A stretch of 64,000 nt of DNA from Candidatus Latescibacterota bacterium (GCA_965248755.1 OZ252149.1:256001-320000); one strand, 5' to 3'; positions 8,967 to 19,920 are shown, counted from the stretch's first letter. Notes: generated from the letters alone by a model not told the origin. A program made the numbers and translations.

Positions 8967-10958
8967 CTACACAGCCCGCCGTACTTCCTCGAGGGTCTCT
9001 GGGTTCATCAGGCTGGAGGTATCGCCCGGATCTTCACCCAGATAGGCGCTGCGGATAACGCGGCGCATCACCTTCTGATTGCGCGTCTTCGGCAAATCCG
9101 AGACGAATTTGATCTCCTTTGGCTGCAGCGGTTTGCCCATTTCTGCGGCGACTTTGGCTTGCAGTGCCCCCCGTAGGTACTCACTTGGCTTAAAGTTAGG
9201 TGCCAACACGCAAAAACAGACCACCGCGTTACCCTTGATCGGATCTGGGGCGCCGATGGCAGCCGCTTCATTGACCGCCGGATGGTTGACCAGCACGGAC
9301 TCAACCTCCGCAGGGCCAAGTCTCACCCCCCCGACGTTGATCGTGTCATCCGAGCGGCCCAGGATGTACCAGAGCCCGTCTTCGTCCACCGCTGCCCAGT
9401 CGCCGTGCACCCAGATGTTCTTCCAGCGTGACCAGTATACCTCCAGGTAACGCTCTTCGTCACGCCAGAACCCGCGCGTCATCCCGATCCAGGGGGCGCG
9501 AATCACCAGCTCCCCAACCTGGTTACGCACCGAATTCCCCGCTCCATCCAGCACGTCAGCCGCAATGCCGGGACACGGCCCGGAGAAGGCCGTGGGCTTC
9601 AGCGGCGTCAGTGGATTGCCCATCACGATTCCCCCGGAGATCTCCGTTCCACCCGAGTAGTTAATGATTGGGCGACGTCCTTTCCCCACGACGTTGAAGA
9701 GCCATAACCAGGGATCAGGGTTCCACGGCTCGCCGGTGGAAGCAAAAAGGTGAATGGACGACAGGTCGTGTGCTTTAACCGGCTCTTCCCCGTGGGCTAT
9801 CAGGGCCCGCACCAGCGTCGGCGAAAGGCCCAGAGCGGTGATGCGATGTCGCTCGACCAGTGCCCACAGCCGATCGGGACCGGGGTAGTCCGGTGCGCCA
9901 TCGTACAGAAGGCATGTTGCTCCCAATAGGGTGGCACCGAACACCAGCAAAGGCCCCATCATCCATCCCATGTCCGTCATCCAGTAGATCACGTTACCCG
10001 GGTGTACATCGGTGCCGAAGGCCATATCCTGTGCCGACTTGATAGGGAAGCTGCAGTGGGTGTGCACCGCTCCTTTGGGGCGTCCGGTTGTCCCGGAGGT
10101 GTAGATTACCATTAGTACGTCTTCAGCGTCGGTGGGTTCGAGTCCGGCCTGATCTGATTGGACAGGTATCAGATCGTGCCACCAATGGTCACGTCCGCTT
10201 TGCATCGGAACATTGTTCCCTGCCCGCTGGAGCACGATAATGTGCTTCACGGTCCCAACCTGTGCTGTCGCCTGGTCAGCGGTCGCTTTGAGCGGAACGA
10301 CCTTCCCGCGCCGGAAGAATCCGTCTGCGGTGAACAGCCCTTTGGCACTGGCATCATTCAGGCGAGCGGCGAGCGCTCCGGCGCCAAAGCCGGAGAACAG
10401 AGGCAGAACGATACCCCCGATCTTGCCAATCGCAAAAAAAGCGATAACGATTTCCGGCGTCATCGGCATGTGCAGTCCAATGGCGTCGCCTTTAACAAAA
10501 CCTAGTTTACGGAGGGCGTTCGCGCAGCGGTTGACCTGCCTCCCCAGTTCTCCATAGGTCAGCGTGCTGCTATCCCCTTCTTCTCCCTCCCAGATCACCG
10601 CCCCAAGCTCACGGGTCGCAGGGTCTTCCGCCCATTTGTCCACGCAGTTGTAGACGATGTTCAGCTTGCCGCCCACACACCATTGAGGGTGTTGAATTCC
10701 GCCCGACAGGTCCATAACCTCTGAGTAGGGCTCTTGAAACTGGATGTCCAGATACTTGATCACCTCATCGGTAAACCAGGCCACGTCACCTGTCGAACGT
10801 TCCATCAATTGGGAGAACGACTCCATACCGTGCTTGTCCATGAACCGCTTCAGGTGACTGCGTTCGATGTATTCAGGGGTCGGTTTCCAGACGATCTCAC
10901 CGCCGAAGTCGAAGGTCGGGCGGCGGTCAGATGGAGCACGACTGCGTGCAGCGGGCAT
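8967..10958 (-). CDS. AMP-dependent acyl-CoA synthetase (acetate-CoA ligase-like)
   Basis: YTSGTTGRPKG, STGEPWN, GGTE, HGDW, GRSDD and LPKTR motifs; GGAGG RBS. Confidence 0.95.
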   Translation of the reverse strand: MPAARSRAPSDRRPTFDFGGEIVWKPTPEYIERSHLKRFMDKHGMESFSQLMERSTGDVAWFTDEVIKYLDIQFQEPYSEVMDLSGGIQHPQWCVGGKLNIVYNCVDKWAEDPATRELGAVIWEGEEGDSSTLTYGELGRQVNRCANALRKLGFVKGDAIGLHMPMTPEIVIAFFAIGKIGGIVLPLFSGFGAGALAARLNDASAKGLFTADGFFRRGKVVPLKATADQATAQVGTVKHIIVLQRAGNNVPMQSGRDHWWHDLIPVQSDQAGLEPTDAEDVLMVIYTSGTTGRPKGAVHTHCSFPIKSAQDMAFGTDVHPGNVIYWMTDMGWMMGPLLVFGATLLGATCLLYDGAPDYPGPDRLWALVERHRITALGLSPTLVRALIAHGEEPVKAHDLSSIHLFASTGEPWNPDPWLWLFNVVGKGRRPIINYSGGTEISGGIVMGNPLTPLKPTAFSGPCPGIAADVLDGAGNSVRNQVGELVIRAPWIGMTRGFWRDEERYLEVYWSRWKNIWVHGDWAAVDEDGLWYILGRSDDTINVGGVRLGPAEVESVLVNHPAVNEAAAIGAPDPIKGNAVVCFCVLAPNFKPSEYLRGALQAKVAAEMGKPLQPKEIKFVSDLPKTRNQKVMRRVIRSAYLGEDPGDTSSLMNPETLEEVRRAV

Positions 10959-10990
10959 CGCTTACCTCCTAACAGGATGGTCGTTCTGTA

Positions 10991-11770
10991 CTATAACAGG
11001 CGTACGATCCTGTTCTTTGCATCAAAACGCACTGGATGGGAATAGTGGTACACGCTTATGTCCTCGGCAACGGGTGTAGGAACACACACGATAAACTCGA
11101 TCCAGCCAGGGTTATTAAAAGCGGAAAAGGCCAGTTCCAGACCGCTTATCATATCCTCTAACTCCTTGGAAAAATCGGGCAGAAGCACCGGACCGGTATC
11201 GGTCTGATAGATTTTGTCGCGCTCACTGGCATTAATAGTTTTGACCGGGTAGTCGAGAACGGCTATATAGTGTTCCTCCTCGATCTCAGTCTGCGCGACC
11301 AGTATCTGATTTTCAAGGACAGCCTCTACGATCTGGTCAGGAGTCTCCAGCACCTCACCGCTGACAGAAGTCAGATCTATGCGCACGCTGTCGTAGGCTT
11401 CGGCCACGCTGCCAACCTGCCTTAGGGGCTGGGGACCTAACGAAGGTGGATGAAGCATCACCTGCTTATCGGCTTGGTCAAAGGTCTTCAAGATCATAAA
11501 TCGTTCCCGGGAAAAAATCGGAACGAAATCCGCATTTGGTACGGTCCAGATATCCTTTTCCACTCCGACCCGTTCAGTTTTGCAGCTAACACCCAGAACA
11601 AACTCCTCAGATTCACCGGTGCGTTTATCTGTAATCTCACAGCGGCAATCGATCGGAATACGAGAATTATTCAGGGTAAATGGGGGCTTGTGACTCGCGG
11701 TGGTAGGGGGCTTCTTGAGTGTGTCGACGCGAAAGGTCAAAAAAGATCGCGAAAAATCAATTGTTTTCAT
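10991..11770 (-). CDS. Hypothetical protein
   Basis: ORF starting MKTIDFSRSF with GAGG RBS; stop lies 32 bp before the synthetase start, so probably co-transcribed. Confidence 0.75.
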   Translation of the reverse strand: MKTIDFSRSFLTFRVDTLKKPPTTASHKPPFTLNNSRIPIDCRCEITDKRTGESEEFVLGVSCKTERVGVEKDIWTVPNADFVPIFSRERFMILKTFDQADKQVMLHPPSLGPQPLRQVGSVAEAYDSVRIDLTSVSGEVLETPDQIVEAVLENQILVAQTEIEEEHYIAVLDYPVKTINASERDKIYQTDTGPVLLPDFSKELEDMISGLELAFSAFNNPGWIEFIVCVPTPVAEDISVYHYSHPVRFDAKNRIVRLL

Positions 11771-12321
11771 CTGGTTCGCCTCGTGGAGCTGGGAATTTGT
11801 AGAGAGTCCGTTGACAAGACGTAAATACGACAAAGCGTCATTTTGATGGCGCCCTGTTTTGCCCTATTCTACCAACTCGAGATTATAGGAATATCCTTGA
11901 GGATGCTACCTAGGGGATAACTTGAATCAGTAGACCGGGCATCTCACTCCGGTGGCTTGCCTCCTACTATTTTGCATCGTAATGATTCTGTTTTGCAAAA
12001 TCGTTTGGTCTACTGCGATTTACAGAGATTAGGTGTGTTCTTCTTGATTGCGAATGACCGAACGCCGAAAACAATCCCTTTCCGGTCGGTCAGTGATAAA
12101 ACCCCGAAGGAAATTGCTTCGCTTTGTCCTAAGAGGTTCTCCGAACCCCTTTCGCACTCAACCACGCTTTAGGGCGGAAGCAGGGATTCCCTGTCTACTG
12201 TTGCCTCTTTACTGGATCGTTTGTCAAGCTACTTAAGAGATATTAAGTGTAAGTATAATATGGCTTTGGACAGGACAACCAATGGCAAGGACTGAACTGA
12301 CACTATCTTACACGATTTCTA

Positions 12322-12350
12322 TTGACATCCATCTTTTTCTTCTATATCTT
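12322..12350 (+). promoter_or_regulatory. Sigma70-type promoter with no downstream plus-strand gene
   Basis: TTGACA-17 bp-TATCTT. Confidence 0.45.
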
Positions 12351-12726
12351 ACGTTTTGATTGATTCACACCTGCCTTTTGTACCTTTTCTTTCGAGTACG
12401 ACTTACACGAGACCACAGACTCACCGGCAGAAAACAGGCATTACACTAAAGATTTACCCTTTTACATTAATAAGATCAACAGCCACCTAATCCAGCGGCT
12501 TATCCCTCGGAGATACTTGGCAAGAAACTGTGCAGCGTTGTGGGGTCTGTAGCAGAAGATTTCACAATCAGATCGTATTACACTACTGTAAGAGGATCTT
12601 CTATGCGGAATCAGTTGGGTTCAGGTCTGTCAGAGAGGAGCAAATGCAACGGCATAGACATCAGAAGTCGAGGCTTTAGAAAGATGAGAAACGATCCATT
12701 CATACATCTTTACGTCTCTTTCTCTT

Positions 12727-13119
12727 CTATACGGTGATGTCTATCCGTTGTCCCTTATTAGATTCGGCGTCTTGGGAGCTCAAGGCACTGTTATTCTGTT
12801 CTTTGTCTTCTGAGTCTTGGAACTCATCTGTGTGATTCTGTTCTTCTGCCAAGAGGAAGTCATCGTCTTCGTCCTTTTCTCTGTATATGTAGTCAGCATA
12901 TGCCCTGTTGTGGTCGGCGTAAGCCCTGATTATATATGTCTGAGCTTCCTGAGGCTGTAGAATTGGAACCACCGTTGCGCGCTTTGCCTCGACGCTTTCC
13001 TGAACCTGCAGGGCAAATCCCTTTTGGTCTGTGTCCGGCTGTTGTCTTAGCTCATCAAACATCCTTTCCACGAGCTGGGTCTTGGAAAGAGTGTTCTGGA
13101 GATATGCTGATTCGGCCAT
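12727..13119 (-). CDS. Small acidic hypothetical protein
   Basis: 130-aa ORF, low-complexity acidic tail ending GQRIDITV. Confidence 0.6.
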   Translation of the reverse strand: MAESAYLQNTLSKTQLVERMFDELRQQPDTDQKGFALQVQESVEAKRATVVPILQPQEAQTYIIRAYADHNRAYADYIYREKDEDDDFLLAEEQNHTDEFQDSEDKEQNNSALSSQDAESNKGQRIDITV

Positions 13120-13856
13120 TGGACGGTCACCATCTAATGAAAGACAAGGAACAAAGAACAGGAGTCAAGCCTATGCTTACAACTAACATCCGAAGCATCT
13201 TTAGCATAATGGAGATAAGGATAGTACAAACACCTCTTCGGCATACTTACACTTCTTAATTACGAACCAAGATAAACAATAAATCCTACTTTGTCAAGGA
13301 AAAGTGTAGCTGTTGACTTAAGTACAATAAACACAGCAGATTATTGTCTGGTACATGAAGAGTAAGAGAGTCGCCTTATGAAAACAAAGAACCCTCATGC
13401 GGCGCGAGGGCGTATTGACCGATAATAATGAATTGCTATGTGCAGGGTGTTTGGGAGGGCAACGAATACGACGAGGAAGGTCACACTGCCTGCGACCTTG
13501 ACGCCTGCGGAAAGAGTACGGTCGTCTTCATCAACGTACACTATTATAAGTCGCAGCAGTTTAGATGGGGAAAGGAAAGAACTTTTAAGGTTGCAGACAA
13601 ACTACCGATCAGTGCGGGCGTGGATTTCAGGTTTACCCGGACGGCGGTACTGTTCAGATGAAAGGCTTTTTTTAACAGAGTAATACACAATAACACTGTT
13701 TGCAAGAACCAAGTTTCTGAATCAAACAGCAGTGCCGAGGTCAGCATGAATATCCGTTCTGCGTCCTGAAGCCACAGGAGTCAGAGTGGACGAAAGAACG
13801 GTAATTTCACGATATACACACACTCCACCACAGGCCATAACAAAGGAAGGTTACCG

Positions 13857-14606
13857 ATGCGCTTGATCCTCATCGGCTGCGAATATGCTGGCAAGACGAC
13901 TCTGGCCGTGGAGATCTCCAGGTGGATGATAGGAGCGATGGGACTTCCGTTCGTGCGCTGGCACAATCACTTTGTCGTGCCACACCTGGACCAACATCTG
14001 GTGGTGCAAGCACGGGCAGATGGCCGCTATGTAGTACCGGGGAAAGAGGCTGGAGACCTTAACAAGGAGGAAGAGGAAAAGCAGATCCTGAGCTTGAGAC
14101 CCTTGCTGCTGGAGCAGTTCCAGCGCCACATGATCTGGCGGCATCTGCACCCCGACATGTACCGCGACTGTGACGATACCTTGACGATCAACGGCTATTA
14201 CGCTGATGCCGTCTACGCGCCGCTTTACTACGGCTACGGTGAGCCGGGCACTTTTGCCGACCGCAGGCGGAGAGCACGGGCCTGGGACGCCGAGCTGCTG
14301 AAGCTGGCGCCGGACACAGTACTGATAATGGTGAAAGCCTCGGCCGACGTCATTCGGGAGCGTATCCGCCAGAACCTCCGTCCAAGGTGCATTCTCAAAG
14401 AGCGGGAAGTACAGATAGTGTTAGACCGCTTCCAGGAGGAATACGACAATTCGCTGATCCACCGCAGCTTTACGCTGGACACGACCGGTACGTCGGTGGA
14501 AGGGACTCTGCAAGAGTTTCTGGGGCAGATGTGGCAGCACCTGTCACAAGTAGACCGACTGCGGATGGTCTCAAGTAGACCGACTGCGGATGGTCTCACA
14601 ACCTGA
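13857..14606 (+). CDS. P-loop nucleotide-kinase-like protein
   Basis: N-terminal Walker A LIGCEYAGKTT; lid-like ASADVIRER; GGAAGG RBS. Confidence 0.8.
   Translation: MRLILIGCEYAGKTTLAVEISRWMIGAMGLPFVRWHNHFVVPHLDQHLVVQARADGRYVVPGKEAGDLNKEEEEKQILSLRPLLLEQFQRHMIWRHLHPDMYRDCDDTLTINGYYADAVYAPLYYGYGEPGTFADRRRRARAWDAELLKLAPDTVLIMVKASADVIRERIRQNLRPRCILKEREVQIVLDRFQEEYDNSLIHRSFTLDTTGTSVEGTLQEFLGQMWQHLSQVDRLRMVSSRPTADGLTT
14547..14596 (+). repeat. Exact 25-bp tandem duplication at the 3' end of the kinase gene
   Basis: CAAGTAGACCGACTGCGGATGGTCT twice. Confidence 0.95.
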
Positions 14607-14678
14607 CACATCCTACAGACCTTCAGGTATTGAATCTGAAGAAAAGTAGTGCCTGAGCGTTACAGAAAACACCCAAGG

Positions 14679-16436
14679 CTATTTGTTTCGCCTTTTTCTT
14701 AGTGTCATCCGCTGCCAAATGGCGAGGGAACCGTCGCCTTCTTTGTATCTCCTATATTTGCGACCTGAAACTCTCCATCCCGAAGCTAAACTGTCACTTA
14801 TTTCTTGAGTGAGCGCGGAATACTTTCTATCGGACTCGAGTTTCTCGTCAAGGGCCTGCCTTTTCTGGTTTCTTATTAATACGCGATGCTGTATAGTTCC
14901 TTTGTACGTCCTATTTTCTGTTTCAATTACTTCCCATCCCTTAGCCAGACTGTCACTTATTACTTGAGCAAGTTCAGAAAAGCTTTTACGACCTGTAACT
15001 TCTTCCTCGAGATCTCTTCCAAGCTCGACGAATATGGCAACGAGAAAGTCATATTCGGAAGCAACCTTCCCAATGTCTTCCATCATCTGTTCAGCTCGAA
15101 TATGGAACCCGAAGCTCGTATTATCGGACTCCTCACTATTAGCGACCCAGACAAAGAGCGGTACTTTCTTCCCCAAAATTAGAGGTTCTTGAAAGATTCT
15201 TCCCTTCCTGACAGCATCGTAGCCAGTAATGTCATAGGGGTGATAAGATATGCTAGGATATGGATCCCCCACCGTTATCTTAAGCTGATCATCCGATTCG
15301 CGGACGAAGATCGTCAAGCTGTGCTCACCCGGGGATATACGCCTTGTCTGTGCACGGTGGTCTATCCCCATTCTCTGCCCATCTATGAAGTAGTCGCACG
15401 TATAGGTGATCTTATGTTGGAAGGGTACTTCATATACAAGGCGGTGCTGTGTTATTCCTAAGAACATGAAAGTACCAGTAATCTCTAAGGATGTTGGTGG
15501 CTCAGTGGCATGTTTAATAGGGTAAGTGGCCTCTTCGGACTCTGCGGAAGACTTATCTCCTTCGAGATTCGAGGCCAATAGAGCCTTCTCCTGAGCACTG
15601 GCTAACCTCGTCTGCATCATTTTGGGCGTAAAGGATTCCTCCTCGGGCAACTCAGATTCCTCCTGGCCGGACGCCAGCCAGCCTACAAATCCACCGATCA
15701 GAGCAAGGGCTCCGATACCTGTGAGAATCCCCTTCGAACTCAAACCCCATTTCAAAAGCGGAGCGACGGGCTTCTGATCCGGAAAGGAAATCAGAGGTAA
15801 AGCTGACTTAACCTTCTCTGTAAACTTTCTCCCCAATGCCTTCTCCTTTACCGTTACCTCTACAAACGGAATCATCTTGCTCTCCAGCTTCTCCCTGCCA
15901 TTCTGCAGATGACTTAAGACCGTGCTCGGCGCAACTCCCAGGAACATGGAGATCTCTATATGCGACATATCGTTGAAGTAGAACAATAGGATCGCCTCCC
16001 TGCTTTTCTCAGGAAGTTCCCCGATAGCTTTCCAGATTGCTTTCTTCATCTCCTGTAATTCGTACTCCTCCTCAGGGGTCTTAGGAACAGTCGCATTCTG
16101 GATCGTTAGAACTCCTTCTGCCTCTTCTCCGAACAGGGACAACTCTCCCATAACCTCCGATTCCCTCCTTTGCCTCTCCAGCCACCTGTTGCAGAGATTC
16201 GTGGCTATCCCACACAGCCAGCTTGAGAAATTGGCAGGTTTCCTTATCTTCCCAAGATTGACATACGCCTCGATAAAGGTGTCCTGCGCCAAATATTCCA
16301 CCTGGTCGAAGTCTCTGATACGGCTCAAGAGCAGGCCGTAGACCAGATTCTTGTACCGGTCAATCAATTCTCCGAACGCACTTTGATCACTGTTCAGAGA
16401 CATCTTGACTAAAGTCACATCTTCCCTTACTCTCAT
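14679..16436 (-). CDS. ECF sigma-70 factor with TM helix and long C-terminal extension
   Basis: Region 2 (AFGELIDRYK, LAQDTFIEAY, FSSWLCGIATN) and region 4 (LPEKSREAILLFYFNDMSHIEIS); TM ILTGIGALALIGGFVGWL. Confidence 0.9.
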   Translation of the reverse strand: MRVREDVTLVKMSLNSDQSAFGELIDRYKNLVYGLLLSRIRDFDQVEYLAQDTFIEAYVNLGKIRKPANFSSWLCGIATNLCNRWLERQRRESEVMGELSLFGEEAEGVLTIQNATVPKTPEEEYELQEMKKAIWKAIGELPEKSREAILLFYFNDMSHIEISMFLGVAPSTVLSHLQNGREKLESKMIPFVEVTVKEKALGRKFTEKVKSALPLISFPDQKPVAPLLKWGLSSKGILTGIGALALIGGFVGWLASGQEESELPEEESFTPKMMQTRLASAQEKALLASNLEGDKSSAESEEATYPIKHATEPPTSLEITGTFMFLGITQHRLVYEVPFQHKITYTCDYFIDGQRMGIDHRAQTRRISPGEHSLTIFVRESDDQLKITVGDPYPSISYHPYDITGYDAVRKGRIFQEPLILGKKVPLFVWVANSEESDNTSFGFHIRAEQMMEDIGKVASEYDFLVAIFVELGRDLEEEVTGRKSFSELAQVISDSLAKGWEVIETENRTYKGTIQHRVLIRNQKRQALDEKLESDRKYSALTQEISDSLASGWRVSGRKYRRYKEGDGSLAIWQRMTLRKRRNK

Positions 16437-16619
16437 CTTCTGCCTCCGGTCTTATCCGTGCGAAACCGTTTACTGTTCACTACCTCCTCTAATAATTAGT
16501 GACATGAGAGACAGAAAACATCCAAAACTTTTTTGAGTTCTTTCAAAATTCTTGAGTTCTTTGCCACAGAAGCATTATGCTACATATTTGCACTCGACTT
16601 TTAGTAGATCAAAATAGAA

Positions 16620-16738
16620 CTTTTGAGGAGATACCTCTTGATGCCCAACGGCCCGACGACCTGCAGCGTGCGCACAAGTTGCCCGGCTGACAATCCAACT
16701 GTCAGTAGTACAATTCCGAACATGTTTCGTTTTCTCAT
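16620..16738 (-). pseudogene. Orphan signal-peptide remnant of another exported-protein gene
   Basis: GAGGA RBS then MRKRNMFGIVLLTVGLSA, resembling MRKRSIVAYTLLAVGLTA of the neighbouring family; no body follows. Confidence 0.45.
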
Positions 16739-16755
16739 CGCTTTTCCGTCCTCAA

Positions 16756-19700
16756 TCATTTTTCGACCATCAGACTCACCGGCTTATAGAGTCCGCCAGA
16801 ACCGGAATAGTTATGTACCTTGATCGCAAGCAGATACTCACCCTGGCTCTTGAGGCTGCCCGACACGTCCAGAAGGAACGGCTTGCTCCAGGTCTCGTCT
16901 GGATCGGCGGTGTCGTACCAGGCGACGAGCTTGCCATCGACATAGAGCCAGGCGGATTCATCGACGGCTCCAAAATGGAGGAACAACCGCTTGCCGTCAG
17001 GCAAGTCCGGACACTTGTATCGAAGCCGATACCATCCCTCTCTGAGGTCCTTGAATCCTTGCTCGTCCCAGAACTCGGCGATCTTTATTTCGCTAAGATT
17101 TGCGGACGGAAAATCCGGCCTGAAATATCCCTCTTCAACGCCGACTCCCCGCGGATCGTCCTTAAACCGCCAACCGTCGATCGGCAGTCGCGCCAAGACC
17201 CTCAACCGCGGGACAAGGTTCCGACAATCGGCGCCATCCACGTAGTGCGCCTCGGCCGGTGACGTCTTGCCGAAACCGGATACTCTCTTGGTATTGGTGA
17301 ACTTGCCGTCTTTCGTAAGGCTGCGAACAGCGTCGCCAACCGGCGCGGCTCTAGGGCCCAATTCATCGAAAAGCGTGACGACGTAATTCTTCGTGACCAC
17401 CGTTACCCTCGGGTTCTTGAGCAAGTTGACCATTTTCCACAGGTCCGCAGTGCCTCCGCGGATACAGGTGAGGGCATAGTAAGACTCTGCCTGCTCGTTG
17501 CCGGGATCGTCCTTCGCGGCGTATTTCTCTAGTGCCGGTATGGCCATCTCGGCGGCTGGCCCGATGGCAGCCAGTGCCTTTATGACGGCGCTGTTGCCGG
17601 GACTCTTAGCGTGTAGTTCCGCCAGCGTTGCCGCTGCCCCTGCGGCATCCTGCCCGAGGCCGGTGATCAGGGCGACTCCAGAGGCGCGAGTGGCCCGGTT
17701 GGAGGATTCAAGCATGGTGATTACCGTCGGAATTGCCAGTTTTGCAGCTGGCCCCAACGCTGAGATGATTGTAGCGACTTTACGCGCTACGACGGGGTGC
17801 TCATCCAGTAAGGCGCCCGCCAGCGGTCCGGCGACAGTGGCAGCCTGTGCCGACGGCGATCGACGCCCACTTTTTACGCGCTTATCCAACGGGCAACCAA
17901 TCCTCGCGAGCGTTAGCACCGCCCCCATGCGGAAGTAGGAATCCGGATGCTTCAGCAGGCGCGCGATTTGCGGTACAGCCGGATACGCCTGCGGACCGAT
18001 GGCCTCAAGGGCATGCAACGCCGGCATCCGTACATCGTCGTCATCAAGCAGCTGTGCAAGCGTCGCTGTCGCCGCCGCTGCCTTCGGCCCCATATCAAAA
18101 AGGGCCCAGGCTGCCGCACGACGCTGTGACGCGTCAGCATCACGCAACCCCTTTATGCACGCCGTCACGGACTTGCCCCTGAAGGGAGCCGCCTCATCCG
18201 TCGGGCGGCGCCTCGGCTGGGGCGCCATAGCCGCAGGAGGAATCGGGCCCAGGCGCTGAATGTAGGACGCAGCCCTAGCGCGAATTTCGTCATATTCGGC
18301 AAGTGCCAATGGTTTTCCGGCCACCACGTCCAGGGGCTGCGTGATTTTTCCCAGTCGCGCCCGCAAGCCCGCCAACCAGGACTTCGCCTCTCGCGCCAGC
18401 GGCTTCTCATGATTTGCCTCCACGGCATCCTGGAGCATCTGCAGATAACGATAGTCGTCGACTCCTTCGCGGCGCATCTCCCAACCGGTCACCGGCTGCG
18501 GCTCATCACTGCCCGGTGCAAACCAAGCATGCCGGTGCTTTCCATGATTATAGGCCCATATCCAATTACCACGGAGCCCCATCGACCAAGTGTGGAGTCC
18601 GGCGAAATAACGCTGGCGCACGGGATAGAAACCATCTCGCCATATGGTGTAAGAATAGACCTGCATCTCGGTCCCCAGGCGCTTTGCTTCGGCCATGACC
18701 TCCGGTGTAACGACGCCCTCTGCTACCGTTTGAATGTCGTACAGTCCATACGTGGAGTAGCCGTATACTGCGGAAAGCTCGGATTGATCCAGGTTCATCC
18801 GAAACGAGGTGCCGCGCATCGACTCGCAAGCCTCCCTGACCTCGATATCTTCCTCCGGATAGTCCGGCTCATCCGGGCCGAAACCAACAAGCTCCGGCCA
18901 ACCCTTCTCGCGGCACTCGGCCTGCAGCCAGGATGCCGCCTCCTCCACCTGCTCACGCGTGTACCCCCCTGTGATGCCGCCGATCAACGTACTGCTGACC
19001 TGAGGATCAACGAGTCCGGCCTCCTTCGCCAATGGCAGTAACTTGTGCAATACGTGGTCGTTCTCCGGCGCCACCGGAAAAAAGTTGCCGGCCGGATAGA
19101 AGGCGCCGGCGTTTTGGCCGTGCACTGCCATGTCCCGGTAAATCTTTAACATCGTCTCCCGCGATGTCGACACGCCGCCGAAACGCTTCGGCAGCATGTC
19201 TTCGCGGCACCACATGCCATACGGAATTCTCGGGCGCTGTAACGCGAATGGGCGCACCGTTATCGCCAAATCTACAAAGGTTGGTGACTTACCGGCCGTT
19301 CTTATCCGGACCTTTCCCAGATGCCGACCAGGCTTGGTGTCCCGGTCGGCGTGAAACGTCAGCCAGAAGTTGACGCTCTGCCCTGCTCCAAGGACAGGAA
19401 ACACATTCCCCCGCTGCAACAGAATTTTGCTCGGTATCCAGCCGCTGACCTCCCCCGAATCCATGGGTTCGAGTGCCAGTTGTTCCTTGACAGCTGGCAG
19501 AATCCGGTGATATACGGTAACATCAAGGTCTGACTCTACATTCACTGATATAGCCTCGACATCGTCAGCAATCGCGTGCACACCGAATTGGAGCGATTCA
19601 TACTCATCTGTTGCCAGGACGCATGTAAGCCTGTTTACAGTACTTTCCCGACGCGGTACGTGGCCTGCCGGAAGGTTTTTCATCGTGGAGTAGGCGAAGA

Positions 19701-19830
19701 CCACATAACCCTTGTCCCGTTCGGCTTTGGTCCACTTGTCCTTCGCGCTCGCCTCTCCTTGTCCACGTGCACTGACCGCCACTAACCCAATTGCCAGCAG
19801 TGCAAGACCAATCATGCTACGGTGTCCCAT
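16756..19830 (-). CDS. Family A copy 1: exported GH123/DUF4091-like domain, HEAT repeats and C-terminal GH2-type sugar-binding jelly-roll
   Basis: Signal peptide MGHRSMIGLALLAIGLVAVSA; GPDEP; WEMRREGVDDYRYL; repeated L..IGPAA..A.P.L; tail WRF..DP/GWYR/LHFGAVDESAWLYVDG/GGLYKPV. Confidence 0.8.
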   Translation of the reverse strand: MGHRSMIGLALLAIGLVAVSARGQGEASAKDKWTKAERDKGYVVFAYSTMKNLPAGHVPRRESTVNRLTCVLATDEYESLQFGVHAIADDVEAISVNVESDLDVTVYHRILPAVKEQLALEPMDSGEVSGWIPSKILLQRGNVFPVLGAGQSVNFWLTFHADRDTKPGRHLGKVRIRTAGKSPTFVDLAITVRPFALQRPRIPYGMWCREDMLPKRFGGVSTSRETMLKIYRDMAVHGQNAGAFYPAGNFFPVAPENDHVLHKLLPLAKEAGLVDPQVSSTLIGGITGGYTREQVEEAASWLQAECREKGWPELVGFGPDEPDYPEEDIEVREACESMRGTSFRMNLDQSELSAVYGYSTYGLYDIQTVAEGVVTPEVMAEAKRLGTEMQVYSYTIWRDGFYPVRQRYFAGLHTWSMGLRGNWIWAYNHGKHRHAWFAPGSDEPQPVTGWEMRREGVDDYRYLQMLQDAVEANHEKPLAREAKSWLAGLRARLGKITQPLDVVAGKPLALAEYDEIRARAASYIQRLGPIPPAAMAPQPRRRPTDEAAPFRGKSVTACIKGLRDADASQRRAAAWALFDMGPKAAAATATLAQLLDDDDVRMPALHALEAIGPQAYPAVPQIARLLKHPDSYFRMGAVLTLARIGCPLDKRVKSGRRSPSAQAATVAGPLAGALLDEHPVVARKVATIISALGPAAKLAIPTVITMLESSNRATRASGVALITGLGQDAAGAAATLAELHAKSPGNSAVIKALAAIGPAAEMAIPALEKYAAKDDPGNEQAESYYALTCIRGGTADLWKMVNLLKNPRVTVVTKNYVVTLFDELGPRAAPVGDAVRSLTKDGKFTNTKRVSGFGKTSPAEAHYVDGADCRNLVPRLRVLARLPIDGWRFKDDPRGVGVEEGYFRPDFPSANLSEIKIAEFWDEQGFKDLREGWYRLRYKCPDLPDGKRLFLHFGAVDESAWLYVDGKLVAWYDTADPDETWSKPFLLDVSGSLKSQGEYLLAIKVHNYSGSGGLYKPVSLMVEK

Positions 19831-19920
19831 GTTAAACCTCCTAATTTCGTCAGTGAATCGTTCCTCACAATGTCTTGGTACACGCTTTAGGACTTCTCTC
19901 GAGTGCATTTCCGATGCTAG

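Noticed and set aside
12040..12210. Known riboswitch (c-di-GMP, c-di-AMP and others)
   Set aside because: Conserved core motifs were not found on either strand; kept only as an unassigned structured region
13428..13661. 77-aa ORF as a gene
   Set aside because: No RBS or recognisable motif; cannot be supported
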